DNA of 64,000 nt. It comes from a virus. The notes beneath the pieces are model-generated. The model worked only from the letters and a program-made list of their open reading frames with translations. It had not been told where the DNA came from and searched no databases. Location: positions 1 through 64,000 of IMG/VR virus record IMGVR_UViG_3300012351_000007; one strand, written 5' to 3'. This document shows, piece by piece, positions 29,051 to 37,472 of the stretch (its first letter is position 1; each line of letters begins with the position of its first letter). A program made the translations under genes and the position numbers.

Positions 29051-29415
29051 AGCGACTGCCCGACGGTGTTGGCCCAGGCGGTGAAGAACGCCCGCTGCTC
29101 CTTCAGGGTCGGGTTCAACTGCATCCACCGCATCGCATCAGCCGGCGACAGAGTCTGCTGCGCCCACGTCAGGTCGTCCTCGCGGTTGATGGCATGCCGG
29201 GCAATCGAGGTCCACTCCTCAACGGGCGGTACCCGCATGTCGTGAAAGCCGAGCCGGGTCGTGAGAGTGACCAGGATGGCCCCGTTCTCGTCGACCAGCC
29301 GTTCGGCGCGGGTCTCTGCCTCGGCCGCGTCCAGCGGGGTGACCGCCGCCGCGTTGCGCTTGGATGCCAGGTCGGCTGGTGGCTGCTCGGCGCGCGCCCT
29401 GCGTGGTGCTGCCAT
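29041..29415 (-). CDS. Tail assembly chaperone (gpG-like)
   Basis: Between major tail and TMP; ends CTG GGG GAA TAG. Confidence 0.8.
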   Translation of the reverse strand: MAAPRRARAEQPPADLASKRNAAAVTPLDAAEAETRAERLVDENGAILVTLTTRLGFHDMRVPPVEEWTSIARHAINREDDLTWAQQTLSPADAMRWMQLNPTLKEQRAFFTAWANTVGQSLGE

Positions 29416-29993
29416 CAGCCCAGCGCCGGAACGATGTCGTATGCCTGCACCGCGACACCGCTGGAGTTCGGGTAGGCGGTGAACGTGACCCCGTACATGG
29501 CGGCGTCGGTGGTGGCGTACTTGATGTCCTTGCGGTCGGTGACCTCAAGTTGCGGGCAGTAGATTCGGTGGTGTGTGGTGCCGTCGATGATGTCGAACAC
29601 CCCGGCCACCAACTGGCGGGTGTAGATGCCGAAGGTGTAGGAGAACGCGCCGGTACCCACGCCAGCGGTGAGGGTGTTGAACGCGATGCCGTAATACAGC
29701 TCCATAACGCGGAGATTCTTTTCGAGGAAGGTAATGTCGAACGTCACCGACGCATCGGTGATGATCTTCCGCTGGATCTGCAGCGACCCGTACGCCTTCA
29801 CGTCCTTGCTCGACGTGTTCAGCTTCTCGGTGAGTCCGTCCTCCGAGACAAGGCCAGCGTTCTTCCATGCGGCCGCGAGCGCTGTCGTCGCGTCGGTAGG
29901 CGCGGTGGAGCCGGTGATGCCGAACCACGACAGTCCAGTGCCGTCGGCACCAGCGCCACTAGTGCCGACAAGAATGTTCCTGTTGTCTCCCAC
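29415..29993 (-). CDS. Major tail tube protein
   Basis: APTDA..L...WKNAGLVSEDGL, FLE.N, YGVTFTAYP. Confidence 0.88.
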   Translation of the reverse strand: MGDNRNILVGTSGAGADGTGLSWFGITGSTAPTDATTALAAAWKNAGLVSEDGLTEKLNTSSKDVKAYGSLQIQRKIITDASVTFDITFLEKNLRVMELYYGIAFNTLTAGVGTGAFSYTFGIYTRQLVAGVFDIIDGTTHHRIYCPQLEVTDRKDIKYATTDAAMYGVTFTAYPNSSGVAVQAYDIVPALG

Positions 29994-30018
29994 GGCCCTT
30001 TAGTCCTTTCTCGGGCAT

Positions 30019-30049
30019 GAAAAAGGCCCCGGCCGTGGCGGCTCAGGGC
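30019..30049 (-). terminator. Intrinsic terminator upstream of the major tail gene
   Basis: GCCCTGAGCC-GCCAC-GGCCGGGGC followed by CTTTTT on the - strand. Confidence 0.5.
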
Positions 30050-30074
30050 AGATGGCTCGGGTGGGTGGTGTCGG

Positions 30075-30149
30075 TTAGCCGATGCCGAGGGCGGCGTTAA
30101 CGGCGGCGCAGACGTGCACAGCGACGTTGAGTACCAGGTTCAGCAGCAT
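30075..30149 (-). CDS. 24-aa hydrophobic peptide
   Basis: GGAAGGAA RBS; MLLNLVLNVAVHVCAAVNAALGIG. Confidence 0.4.
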   Translation of the reverse strand: MLLNLVLNVAVHVCAAVNAALGIG

Positions 30150-30175
30150 GGGGTTCCTTCCGGTTCGGTTGGTTG

Positions 30176-30433
30176 TTACTCGGCAGCGGGCACTTCCACG
30201 GCGCCCGCGTCGTCGGGCAGCGGCACATCCACGTAGCGCACCGCGGCGGCCGGCTCGTCGAGTTCCCGGGTGGCCTCCCAGTCGGCGCGTTCCTCGTCCG
30301 TGGGCTGCCGGGCTTCCCCGGTGCCGAGCATCACCCGGCCCAGCTCGTCGGGCACCTCCTCCAGATTCCCGATGCGGGTCAGGTCGGGGCCGAGTTTCGC
30401 GGCGTCCGGGACGTAGACGATGTGGACGAGCAT
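30176..30433 (-). CDS. Hypothetical protein
   Basis: AAGGAG RBS. Confidence 0.6.
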   Translation of the reverse strand: MLVHIVYVPDAAKLGPDLTRIGNLEEVPDELGRVMLGTGEARQPTDEERADWEATRELDEPAAAVRYVDVPLPDDAGAVEVPAAE

Positions 30434-30461
30434 TCGCCCGGACTCCTTCGCTTCGGTGGGG

Positions 30462-30779
30462 TTAGATCTTCATGCTGTCGATGGCACGGCCAAGGATGCG
30501 GCGCCTGACGATGTACCGTGTGCCTCTTTCAAGGGCCAGGGGATATGGAAATCCGGTCTGCGGATTCCTGGCCGTGTTCGCCAGCCTCGCCCGCGCCTTC
30601 CCATCGACCACGCCGCCCGTGACAACCCAGGAGGCTTTCATCCGGCCGGTGTCCACCGGGGTGATCGCCTCGGCCCGTTCCTTGCCCTTCTCGGCGACCT
30701 TCCGCAGCGCCTCGACCAACCACGGCGCGCGGAGCATCTCGGCTATCCCGGCGGGGGACTCTTGGTAGGAGACGGCCAT
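30462..30779 (-). CDS. HK97 gp10-like tail completion protein
   Basis: PVDTGRMKASW, YPLALERGT, ILGRAID. Confidence 0.8.
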   Translation of the reverse strand: MAVSYQESPAGIAEMLRAPWLVEALRKVAEKGKERAEAITPVDTGRMKASWVVTGGVVDGKARARLANTARNPQTGFPYPLALERGTRYIVRRRILGRAIDSMKI

Positions 30780-30928
30780 ACCGCTGATCCCTCCTCCCAC
30801 AGCAATCCGGCGCAGTCGGCGACGAAGCAGTCGTGCTTGTTGGTGCTGCGGTGTGGCCGTTCACCTTCGGTGAGTGCGTGCCATGCGACCCAGACATCGG
30901 CCGCGGCAAGACGCTGTTCGGCCTCCAC
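30743..30928 (-). CDS. Hypothetical protein
   Basis: RBS; overlaps next gene by ~37 bp. Confidence 0.35.
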   Translation of the reverse strand: MEAEQRLAAADVWVAWHALTEGERPHRSTNKHDCFVADCAGLLWEEGSAVWPSPTKSPPPG

Positions 30929-30937
30929 CGCGCCCCC

Positions 30938-31345
30938 TCAAAGGTTGAGGTTGTGGGCGTGCAAGCTGATCCGGTAGGCGGCGGTGGCCCGGCGCAGCTG
31001 CGAGTTGTCCCACGGGGCGATGCTCGGCGCCGAGATGGTCTGCACCCTCGACACGGTGACCGACCCCAACGTCACATCGGCGAACGTGGTCGCCGGCAGG
31101 GTCACCCGCAGCGCCTTGCGTACCTGCTCCGCGAGGGTCTTCGCCGCGGCCCGGGACACGTGGAACACGTCCACATCGACGTTGGCCTGATCCAAGGTGA
31201 TCGTGTCGTCGGCGCCGCCGAAACGTTCCACGGCGATCGTCGGCAGTACAAACTCCAGGTTGTACGGCAGTTCCGGGATCACGCTGTCGACGTGGAGGGT
31301 GGTTTTCAGCCAGCCGCACAGCAGGGTTTCGACATCCCGGTACAC
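30938..31345 (-). CDS. Tail terminator protein
   Basis: DVETLL..WL, LPTI.VERFGG, VDVDV, A..LAEQVR. Confidence 0.75.
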   Translation of the reverse strand: MYRDVETLLCGWLKTTLHVDSVIPELPYNLEFVLPTIAVERFGGADDTITLDQANVDVDVFHVSRAAAKTLAEQVRKALRVTLPATTFADVTLGSVTVSRVQTISAPSIAPWDNSQLRRATAAYRISLHAHNLNL

Positions 31346-31354
31346 CCGACCCCC

Positions 31355-31798
31355 TCAGACGCCGGTCGGCGAAATGTCCTTACACACCAGGTCCCGCTGC
31401 CAGATGAGGGTTCCGGCGAGCACATCCACCACCCGCAGCACCCGGGTTGTCAGCGACGGGTCGGCCGCGCACACGGTGAGCACCAGTTCGTCGTTGATCC
31501 GGACGCCGGTCTGTTCGGCCGGGATCGCGATGTAGTAGCGGTGCAGCGGCGTCTGGCTGGGGGAGACGGTCAGCTCCTCCTCATGCCGTCGGTCCCGTGG
31601 GGTTTGCTGCGCCCGGCACGGCCCGGTGTAGACGGTTACCGCAGGCGGGTAGACGGTGCGGCCCAACGTGTTGTCCCACACGCCCGGGCCGGCGGGCCGG
31701 GTGATGGTGCACTGGTCGAGCATCTGCTGCTCGGCCGTGAGGCGATGATGTGACGCCCACCCGCTGCCGATCACCTGCGTGTTGGGTAGCGGAGACAT
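31355..31798 (-). CDS. Head-tail stopper (DUF6093-like)
   Basis: MLDQCTITRP, VYTGPCRAQ; TGATG overlap. Confidence 0.7.
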   Translation of the reverse strand: MSPLPNTQVIGSGWASHHRLTAEQQMLDQCTITRPAGPGVWDNTLGRTVYPPAVTVYTGPCRAQQTPRDRRHEEELTVSPSQTPLHRYYIAIPAEQTGVRINDELVLTVCAADPSLTTRVLRVVDVLAGTLIWQRDLVCKDISPTGV

Positions 31799-32445
31799 CA
31801 GGGCGCGACACCCAGTTCGCCGAACTCGGCCTCGATCCAGGAGTTCGGGTTGTAGTCCACGATGTCGAAGGCGAACAGGCTCCCGGCGGCGTCCCGGTCG
31901 GCGGCCTGGTCCCGCAGTGCCTGGGCCCGTGCCCGGAGTTCGGCGGCGACCTTCGCCCCGTCGGTTGCCAGATCCTGGGTCTTGATGACCTTGCTGACGA
32001 GCACCTCGGACGAGGCGATGGTGTCCAGGGCCTGCGCGGCGGCCAGCCGCACATTGCCCTGCTCGATGGTGAGGAACGCGCCGATCTGCCCGTCGGTTAA
32101 CAGCGGTGCCGTGTCGGACAGGTCGGTGGACAGCAGCCGCACCTGCCCGACGGGTGTGGTCGGGTCGGTGGTGATCGGCGGGCCGGGCAGCGGGTTCGCG
32201 GCGACGTACACCTGCTGCGGCTCGGCACCCGCCCCGGTGCCTGAGACGGTCCACAGGTACACCCACCAGCCGGCCTGGTTGAGGATGACACTGACCCCGG
32301 TCCAGGTGTGGCCGCCGTCGGCGGTGGTCGTGGCCGGGTGGGTGGTAGTGCCGTCGGGGGCCAGCACAGCGAGGGTTGCTGCGGTGGTGCCGTCGTAGGG
32401 GGTGACCGTCAACTGCGGGATGTCCACATCACCTATGCCGAGCAC
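31798..32445 (-). CDS. Head-tail adaptor with an extra N-terminal beta domain
   Basis: C-half GQVRLLSTD..LLTDGQI.AFL..VRLAAAQALDTIAS; N-half APDGT...AGWWVYLWTVSGTG. Confidence 0.75.
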   Translation of the reverse strand: MLGIGDVDIPQLTVTPYDGTTAATLAVLAPDGTTTHPATTTADGGHTWTGVSVILNQAGWWVYLWTVSGTGAGAEPQQVYVAANPLPGPPITTDPTTPVGQVRLLSTDLSDTAPLLTDGQIGAFLTIEQGNVRLAAAQALDTIASSEVLVSKVIKTQDLATDGAKVAAELRARAQALRDQAADRDAAGSLFAFDIVDYNPNSWIEAEFGELGVAP

Positions 32446-32457
32446 GGCCGCCCCCTG

Positions 32458-33636
32458 TCACGGTGAGAGGCGGCTGGCCGCGGCGAGTTCGGGCGGCGAA
32501 CGCAGGGCGGTCAGGGTCGGCCGGGTGTCCGTGGCGGTGAGGGTGGAGTTCGGGCGGTCGGTGGCGGTCAGGACCAATGCGGGCGGCCCGACCGCCCCGG
32601 CGCGAACTGTCGCTTCGTAAGCGGCGCCGAGGGCTTGCGCGGCCTGAACAGCCGCCAGGACCGTGAGAGACGGCGCGCTGGCGGTACCCAGCCCGGTTGC
32701 CGTGGGTGCGGCGGTGGTGGCCGCCACGGCGGGCTGCCCGGCTGTTCCCGCGCCGGTCGCCGAGCCGGCCTGCGTGGTCACCGTGGCCGATGCTGTGCCG
32801 GCAGCGGCGGGCCCGGTGGCGGCGGCCGTGTAGGCGACAACGGACACCCCGGGGGCGTTGGCGCTACCGGTGCCCGAGGCGGGCTGCGCCGAGGCGACTG
32901 TTTCGCTGCTCGACGAGCCGGTGACGTTGTAGGCGGCCCCGGTCCCGGTGCCCGCCTGCGGGTAGACGACGATCGTAGCCGCAGGGCCTGGTGCGGTGCC
33001 TGTCGAGTCGGCCGGGGCGGCGGACGGTGCCACTGCGGCGGATGTCCCGAGTGCACTGCCGGTGCCGGGCGCGACACCCGCAACTGGGGCGAGGGTGGCT
33101 GCGGGGGGGAACGCCGACCCGGTGCCGGTCGCCGACGCGGCGGGGGTCACCTGCGGGCTAGCGTTCGGGGCGGCGCCAACACCCGTAGCTGCGGTCGGGT
33201 TGGAGACGACCTGCGCTGACGCCGCGGCGCTCCCCGTACCGGACACCGCCGGGGCTGCCGGGGCCACCGTCGGGGCCACGTTGAACGCGGCACCCGTACC
33301 ACTGGACGCGCCCGCGTTGGGGGTGACAACTGCTGTTGCCGACGCGGACCCGACACCCGAGGCGTTCCCGACATTGGGGGAGACTGCGGCGGACGGGTTG
33401 TTCGCCGCACCCGTCCCGGTCGCCGCGACGGCGTAGGCGGTCACCAACGCGCCCGGGTTGGGCGCCGAGCCGGTCCCGGAGGCTACGGCAGCGTTCGGGG
33501 TGACCTGCGCGGCGACGGCGTTGGCTGTGCCCGTTCCGGTGGCGGTGGTCGCGTTCGCTGTTGTTGATGCGGCACCCGCCGAGGCGGGGAGGATGACGAT
33601 CGCCGAGACGGGCTGGGCGCGGCCGATGCGGGCCAC
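32458..33636 (-). CDS. Ala/Thr/Gly-rich repeat protein (putative fibre)
   Basis: ~16 repeats of 19-20 aa with core A(S/T)GTG(S/A)A. Confidence 0.7.
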   Translation of the reverse strand: MARIGRAQPVSAIVILPASAGAASTTANATTATGTGTANAVAAQVTPNAAVASGTGSAPNPGALVTAYAVAATGTGAANNPSAAVSPNVGNASGVGSASATAVVTPNAGASSGTGAAFNVAPTVAPAAPAVSGTGSAAASAQVVSNPTAATGVGAAPNASPQVTPAASATGTGSAFPPAATLAPVAGVAPGTGSALGTSAAVAPSAAPADSTGTAPGPAATIVVYPQAGTGTGAAYNVTGSSSSETVASAQPASGTGSANAPGVSVVAYTAAATGPAAAGTASATVTTQAGSATGAGTAGQPAVAATTAAPTATGLGTASAPSLTVLAAVQAAQALGAAYEATVRAGAVGPPALVLTATDRPNSTLTATDTRPTLTALRSPPELAAASRLSP

Positions 33637-33645
33637 CGGCGCCCC

Positions 33646-34413
33646 CTACCAGTTCGCGGCGCGGGTCACCGCCGCCGTCGGAACCACAACCGGCAGGACT
33701 GGCCCCGCCGCTGCGGCAACCTTGACTTCCACCGCGACCGCCGCGACATTGAACAGCGCCCCACCGCCGGACCGCAGATCAGCCCAGTCGACGGTGGTCG
33801 ATGTCGATCCGGTGCGGACTTCGCTTTCCAGGCCGCCCCAGTCGGTGTTCGTCAGGTCGTCGACCTCGGTCCACGTGCCAGCAGTACCGGGAGTGGCGCC
33901 GGCCGCGGACTTGTCCATACCGGCGACGGCGAACACTTCGTTCGTGGACGCCGGGGCGGCGGACAAGGTGATGCTGAACGGCGACGGTGGACCGGAGAAG
34001 CCGCCGTTCTGTGAGCCGGTGGCCGTCGCCCCGGTCGGCGCCCCAGTGTTGTATCCGGTGTAGGCGACGACGGACACGGCGTACTCGCCGATGGCGCGGC
34101 CACCGGTGCCGATCGTCAGCGTCATCGACGCCCCGGTGCCGACGGCGGCCGTGAAAATCTTCGTAGCGGTGGGGTACGAGGTCGGCGAGACCGACACGCC
34201 CGGGCCGCCGGTGTAGGTCCAGCCGCCGCCGCTGACCGTTATCGCGCTGAGTGGGTCGGTGGTGGTGCCGTTGTTCTCGATGATCGACACACCGACGACG
34301 AGCAGCGAGTTGTCCGGCGGCGTGAACGCGTTGGTGACGAAGTTGCCGGTGCCGAAGTTGCCGGTGGGGGTTGGGCTGATCTGTCCGAGCAGGCTGGTGC
34401 GGGACAGCGCCAC
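33646..34413 (-). CDS. Putative virion beta-sandwich protein
   Basis: FTPPDNSLLVVGV, GGGWTYT; Gly/Thr-rich. Confidence 0.6.
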   Translation of the reverse strand: MALSRTSLLGQISPTPTGNFGTGNFVTNAFTPPDNSLLVVGVSIIENNGTTTDPLSAITVSGGGWTYTGGPGVSVSPTSYPTATKIFTAAVGTGASMTLTIGTGGRAIGEYAVSVVAYTGYNTGAPTGATATGSQNGGFSGPPSPFSITLSAAPASTNEVFAVAGMDKSAAGATPGTAGTWTEVDDLTNTDWGGLESEVRTGSTSTTVDWADLRSGGGALFNVAAVAVEVKVAAAAGPVLPVVVPTAAVTRAANW

Positions 34414-34434
34414 GGCCTACCCCCCGGGGTCCGG

Positions 34435-34611
34435 TCAGGCGGGGGCGGGGACGATGGTGATGAGGATGTCGGTGACAGCGCCCTCCGTGGACACCTCCAC
34501 CTGCACGTCCTCCACCGTGTACGTGTTGCCCGCCCCGTCCCTGACGACCAGCGGGGTTTCCCGGCGGGCGGTGTTCGTGGCGTCAGTTAGATCGCCGAAC
34601 GTGTAGGACAT
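34435..34611 (-). CDS. Hypothetical 58-aa protein
   Basis: MSYTFGDLTD...ITIVPAPA; fills the operon gap. Confidence 0.5.
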   Translation of the reverse strand: MSYTFGDLTDATNTARRETPLVVRDGAGNTYTVEDVQVEVSTEGAVTDILITIVPAPA

Positions 34612-34615
34612 CAGG

Positions 34616-35068
34616 TCAGCACCTTTCGCACTTCATCACGGCGCGGGCGTTCGCCGCCGCGCCCCCGGTCAGCCGCAACGCGAAGCCGGTCGACACCGCA
34701 CAGTCGTAGCTGTCACCCAACGGCACGTCGTAGACGAGGGTGCCGCCGGAGGTGAACTCCCATTCCTCAAGCACGGTCAGCACCGTTGGCTCGGCGGTCC
34801 AGTTGCGGGCGGCGGTGAACCCGACGGTGACGCTCCGGCCGTACACCTGCTGCATGGTGACGCTGGTCGAGTTCGTGCCGGGCGCGTTGGTGGCGAACGT
34901 GGCCGCGCACAGTTCCACCAGCAGAGTCGTTGCCGTGTCGATGCCGACCCGCACCGCAATCAGGTCGCCGCCGAACGTGGACGGGGCCAGTACCCCGAGA
35001 ACGGACTTGGCGGTCGTGGTGATTCCAACCGCAGCACCCGTGGTCGCGGTGTACCCGGCCTTCGCCAC
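34616..35068 (-). CDS. Putative virion protein
   Basis: GGAGGT RBS; beta-rich. Confidence 0.6.
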   Translation of the reverse strand: MAKAGYTATTGAAVGITTTAKSVLGVLAPSTFGGDLIAVRVGIDTATTLLVELCAATFATNAPGTNSTSVTMQQVYGRSVTVGFTAARNWTAEPTVLTVLEEWEFTSGGTLVYDVPLGDSYDCAVSTGFALRLTGGAAANARAVMKCERC

Positions 35069-35134
35069 GGCACCTCCCAACCTTGCGCGGTGGTTCGGGT
35101 GGGGGGGCGAACGGTCACAGCGAGAGGCCTTGCG

Positions 35135-35602
35135 TTACAGCGAAATCGACAGCACGCCCGACGCGGAATAGGCGACCGTAAATGTGCCTGCCGTTACGGA
35201 GTTGGTGCCTCCAAGTGATAGGAAGCAGATTCCTTGATCGGAAACAGGGGTTGTGAGAGTGGTGTCATGGATCAGGCACCCGTACACCGAGGCGAGCGTG
35301 GTCGTAGAGTTCGCGCTGACCGTGTTCGCCGCAGTCAGCTTCACCGTCGCCGAGGTGCCGGCGTCGATGACCACCGACCCGAGCGCCCGGCCAGCTGCGG
35401 GCCAGCCGGAGGCGTCGGCCACGCCACCCGATGCCCACACGCCAGCGCCGTAGGCCGAGTTCGCCGAGGTCGCGTCGCCGGTCGGCGTGATCGAGTTGTC
35501 AAAGAGCGAGTTCTTGAGCGTGTCCGAGTCGAGGTCGAACGCGGCGACGTTGCCGAACATGTCAGCGATCAGGGCGCGGAAGATCTTGGATGACCAGGCC
35601 AC
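35135..35602 (-). CDS. Putative virion protein
   Basis: FDLDSDTLK..., GTFTVAY...GVLSI pattern. Confidence 0.65.
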   Translation of the reverse strand: MAWSSKIFRALIADMFGNVAAFDLDSDTLKNSLFDNSITPTGDATSANSAYGAGVWASGGVADASGWPAAGRALGSVVIDAGTSATVKLTAANTVSANSTTTLASVYGCLIHDTTLTTPVSDQGICFLSLGGTNSVTAGTFTVAYSASGVLSISL

Positions 35603-35605
35603 CGG

Positions 35606-35893
35606 TTACGCCCCCGTCCCACTCTGCTCGTCGTACCGGGCCTTGACCGCCTCGTGCGCCTGCGTCGCCGCTTCGGCCTCGGCCTCGTGCGCGGGCAGGG
35701 AGTCCTCGGCGCCGCGCAGGTGCTCCCGCAGGCGCTCGATCTTCCCCTTCAGGGCGTCCACCGCATCGGCAGCCCGGGACGCTTCGGTGGCATGCCGGCG
35801 TACCGTCTCCGCGTCCACCACGTCCGGCAGCGGCCCGGGTTCGGCTGTAGCCACGGCATCGTGCGCCGAACCGGCGCCGTCAGGTGTGGTCAA
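35606..35893 (-). CDS. Hypothetical coiled-coil protein
   Basis: TTGA overlap. Confidence 0.5.
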   Translation of the reverse strand: MTTPDGAGSAHDAVATAEPGPLPDVVDAETVRRHATEASRAADAVDALKGKIERLREHLRGAEDSLPAHEAEAEAATQAHEAVKARYDEQSGTGA

Positions 35894-36210
35894 AGGAAGT
35901 CCCCCAAGCGTGCTTGTGCGGTCGGCGGGTAGACGGTGCAGTCCTCACCTTCGTCGCGCGTCGTATAGACGGCCATCACGGGCACCCCGCGGTTGTCGGT
36001 CTGCACCAGTTCCCCCGCCACGTAGTCCTCCCGTTCCACCGCGGTCACCTTGCAGCGGGTGCCGGCGGGGACCAGCGGGACCGACAGGCCGTGCATCCCG
36101 GGGCAGTTGTGCATCGGGATCCCCGACGACTGCCCGCGAGTGACGTGGGTGTGGTCGCATGCCCCGCACTCCCAGCGGCGTTCCGGGGCGAGCAGCACTG
36201 GGCGGCTCAA
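35890..36210 (-). CDS. Hypothetical protein with CxxC..HxC motif
   Basis: WECGAC...MHNCPG; TTGA overlap. Confidence 0.55.
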   Translation of the reverse strand: MSRPVLLAPERRWECGACDHTHVTRGQSSGIPMHNCPGMHGLSVPLVPAGTRCKVTAVEREDYVAGELVQTDNRGVPVMAVYTTRDEGEDCTVYPPTAQARLGDFL

Positions 36211-36758
36211 CCGAGCGCCACCCAGATCGATGCGGCAGCGGCGGTCATCGCCCCGACGGTGCCGGGGGCGGTGGTGGTCAGGCCGGTGTCGGCGGTGGCG
36301 AAGCGCAGGTTCGGCGCGGACAGGCCAGCGTTGACCAGCCCCGCCGCCAGGGATGTGCCGCACGCCAGGGTGGGCAGGGCGACCCCGTTGGCCCACAGCC
36401 CGACGAAGCAGTACCCGGCCGGCAGCGCCTGCGGGGTGACCGCGGCGGCTTTCAGCCCGGCGGTCGCCCACGCCGCCGACTGGTCGGCGGAGGTGGCCAG
36501 CAACACCCGGGACGCGTCGAACAGCGCCAGCCGGGACTGGCCGGACGTGAGCGTCGTCCCGCCGGTGGTGACATACACCGACACGGTGGAGACGGTCGCG
36601 GCGGCAGCGAGTTTCAGCCGGGCCACGTACATCAGCCCGTTGGTGAGGATCGGCGTCGCCACCGACGCGGACAGCGGATCCGTGGTCCACGCCGCATAGC
36701 CGTGGTCGGCGGCCGACGCCGGCAGCGGTATAGCGACGGTGGACCCGGAGCGGCCCAT
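36207..36758 (-). CDS. Putative virion beta-sandwich protein
   Basis: DHGYAAWTTDP...LALFD..LLATSADQ..W...IWVAL. Confidence 0.6.
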   Translation of the reverse strand: MGRSGSTVAIPLPASAADHGYAAWTTDPLSASVATPILTNGLMYVARLKLAAAATVSTVSVYVTTGGTTLTSGQSRLALFDASRVLLATSADQSAAWATAGLKAAAVTPQALPAGYCFVGLWANGVALPTLACGTSLAAGLVNAGLSAPNLRFATADTGLTTTAPGTVGAMTAAAASIWVALG

Positions 36759-37234
36759 CAGGGTCCGGTCCGCACGATGCCGGCGACGGTCCCGGACACC
36801 ACCTGGGCGTAGATGCCGTTGCTGGTCTTGATGCCGCCGTCGCCGTAGAACTCCCGCGCCGACTCGTTGGCCGCCAGGGTGATCTCCTCCACGACCGTGC
36901 CGGACGCTGCGGATGCGTTGTCCCACAGCCGCACCACCGCAGCCGCCCCGGCGGTTTCCCGCACCGCGAAGCCGCGGTAGTCCTTCGCCGTCGCGGCGAT
37001 CACCGCAGAGACGGTGAAATCGACGCTGACGGTGGAGGCGGCGGGTTCGGCCACTGACGCGGTGGAGGCGAGGGTGGCGGTACCGTCACCGTTGTCGGTG
37101 GCCTTCAGCAGGTTCCCGGACCCGTCGACCAGTACGACTGCGGCCACCTGCGGGGTTACGGTGCCGCCGGGTGGGGTGACCGCGGCGAGGCCGGCCAGGA
37201 GTTGGGTCGACACGATGCGGGTGTTGACGCCCAC
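36758..37234 (-). CDS. Putative virion protein
   Basis: VRLWDNASAASGT...GI....GIY. Confidence 0.6.
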   Translation of the reverse strand: MGVNTRIVSTQLLAGLAAVTPPGGTVTPQVAAVVLVDGSGNLLKATDNGDGTATLASTASVAEPAASTVSVDFTVSAVIAATAKDYRGFAVRETAGAAAVVRLWDNASAASGTVVEEITLAANESAREFYGDGGIKTSNGIYAQVVSGTVAGIVRTGP

Positions 37235-37237
37235 GTC

Positions 37238-37441
37238 TCAGCCGCCTTTCCTGGCCTGCCTGCGTCCCTGCTGTGGTCGTGCCGCCGGGGGCTGCTCGGG
37301 TTCGCGCAGGTGCACCTGGCCCGACCCCCGGTCCGCCTCCGGGGCGGGTTCCGGGAGCCGGGCCACGACCTGTGCCAGCAGGTCGTTGGTGCGTTGCGCC
37401 TGGGTGAGGATGGCGTCGAGGAACTCGTCCCCGGAGGTCAT
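37238..37441 (-). CDS. Hypothetical protein after capsid gene
   Basis: Fills gap; start uncertain. Confidence 0.4.
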   Translation of the reverse strand: MTSGDEFLDAILTQAQRTNDLLAQVVARLPEPAPEADRGSGQVHLREPEQPPAARPQQGRRQARKGG

Positions 37442-37472
37442 CCGCTGGGGCCTATCGGACGGATCGGGCAAA

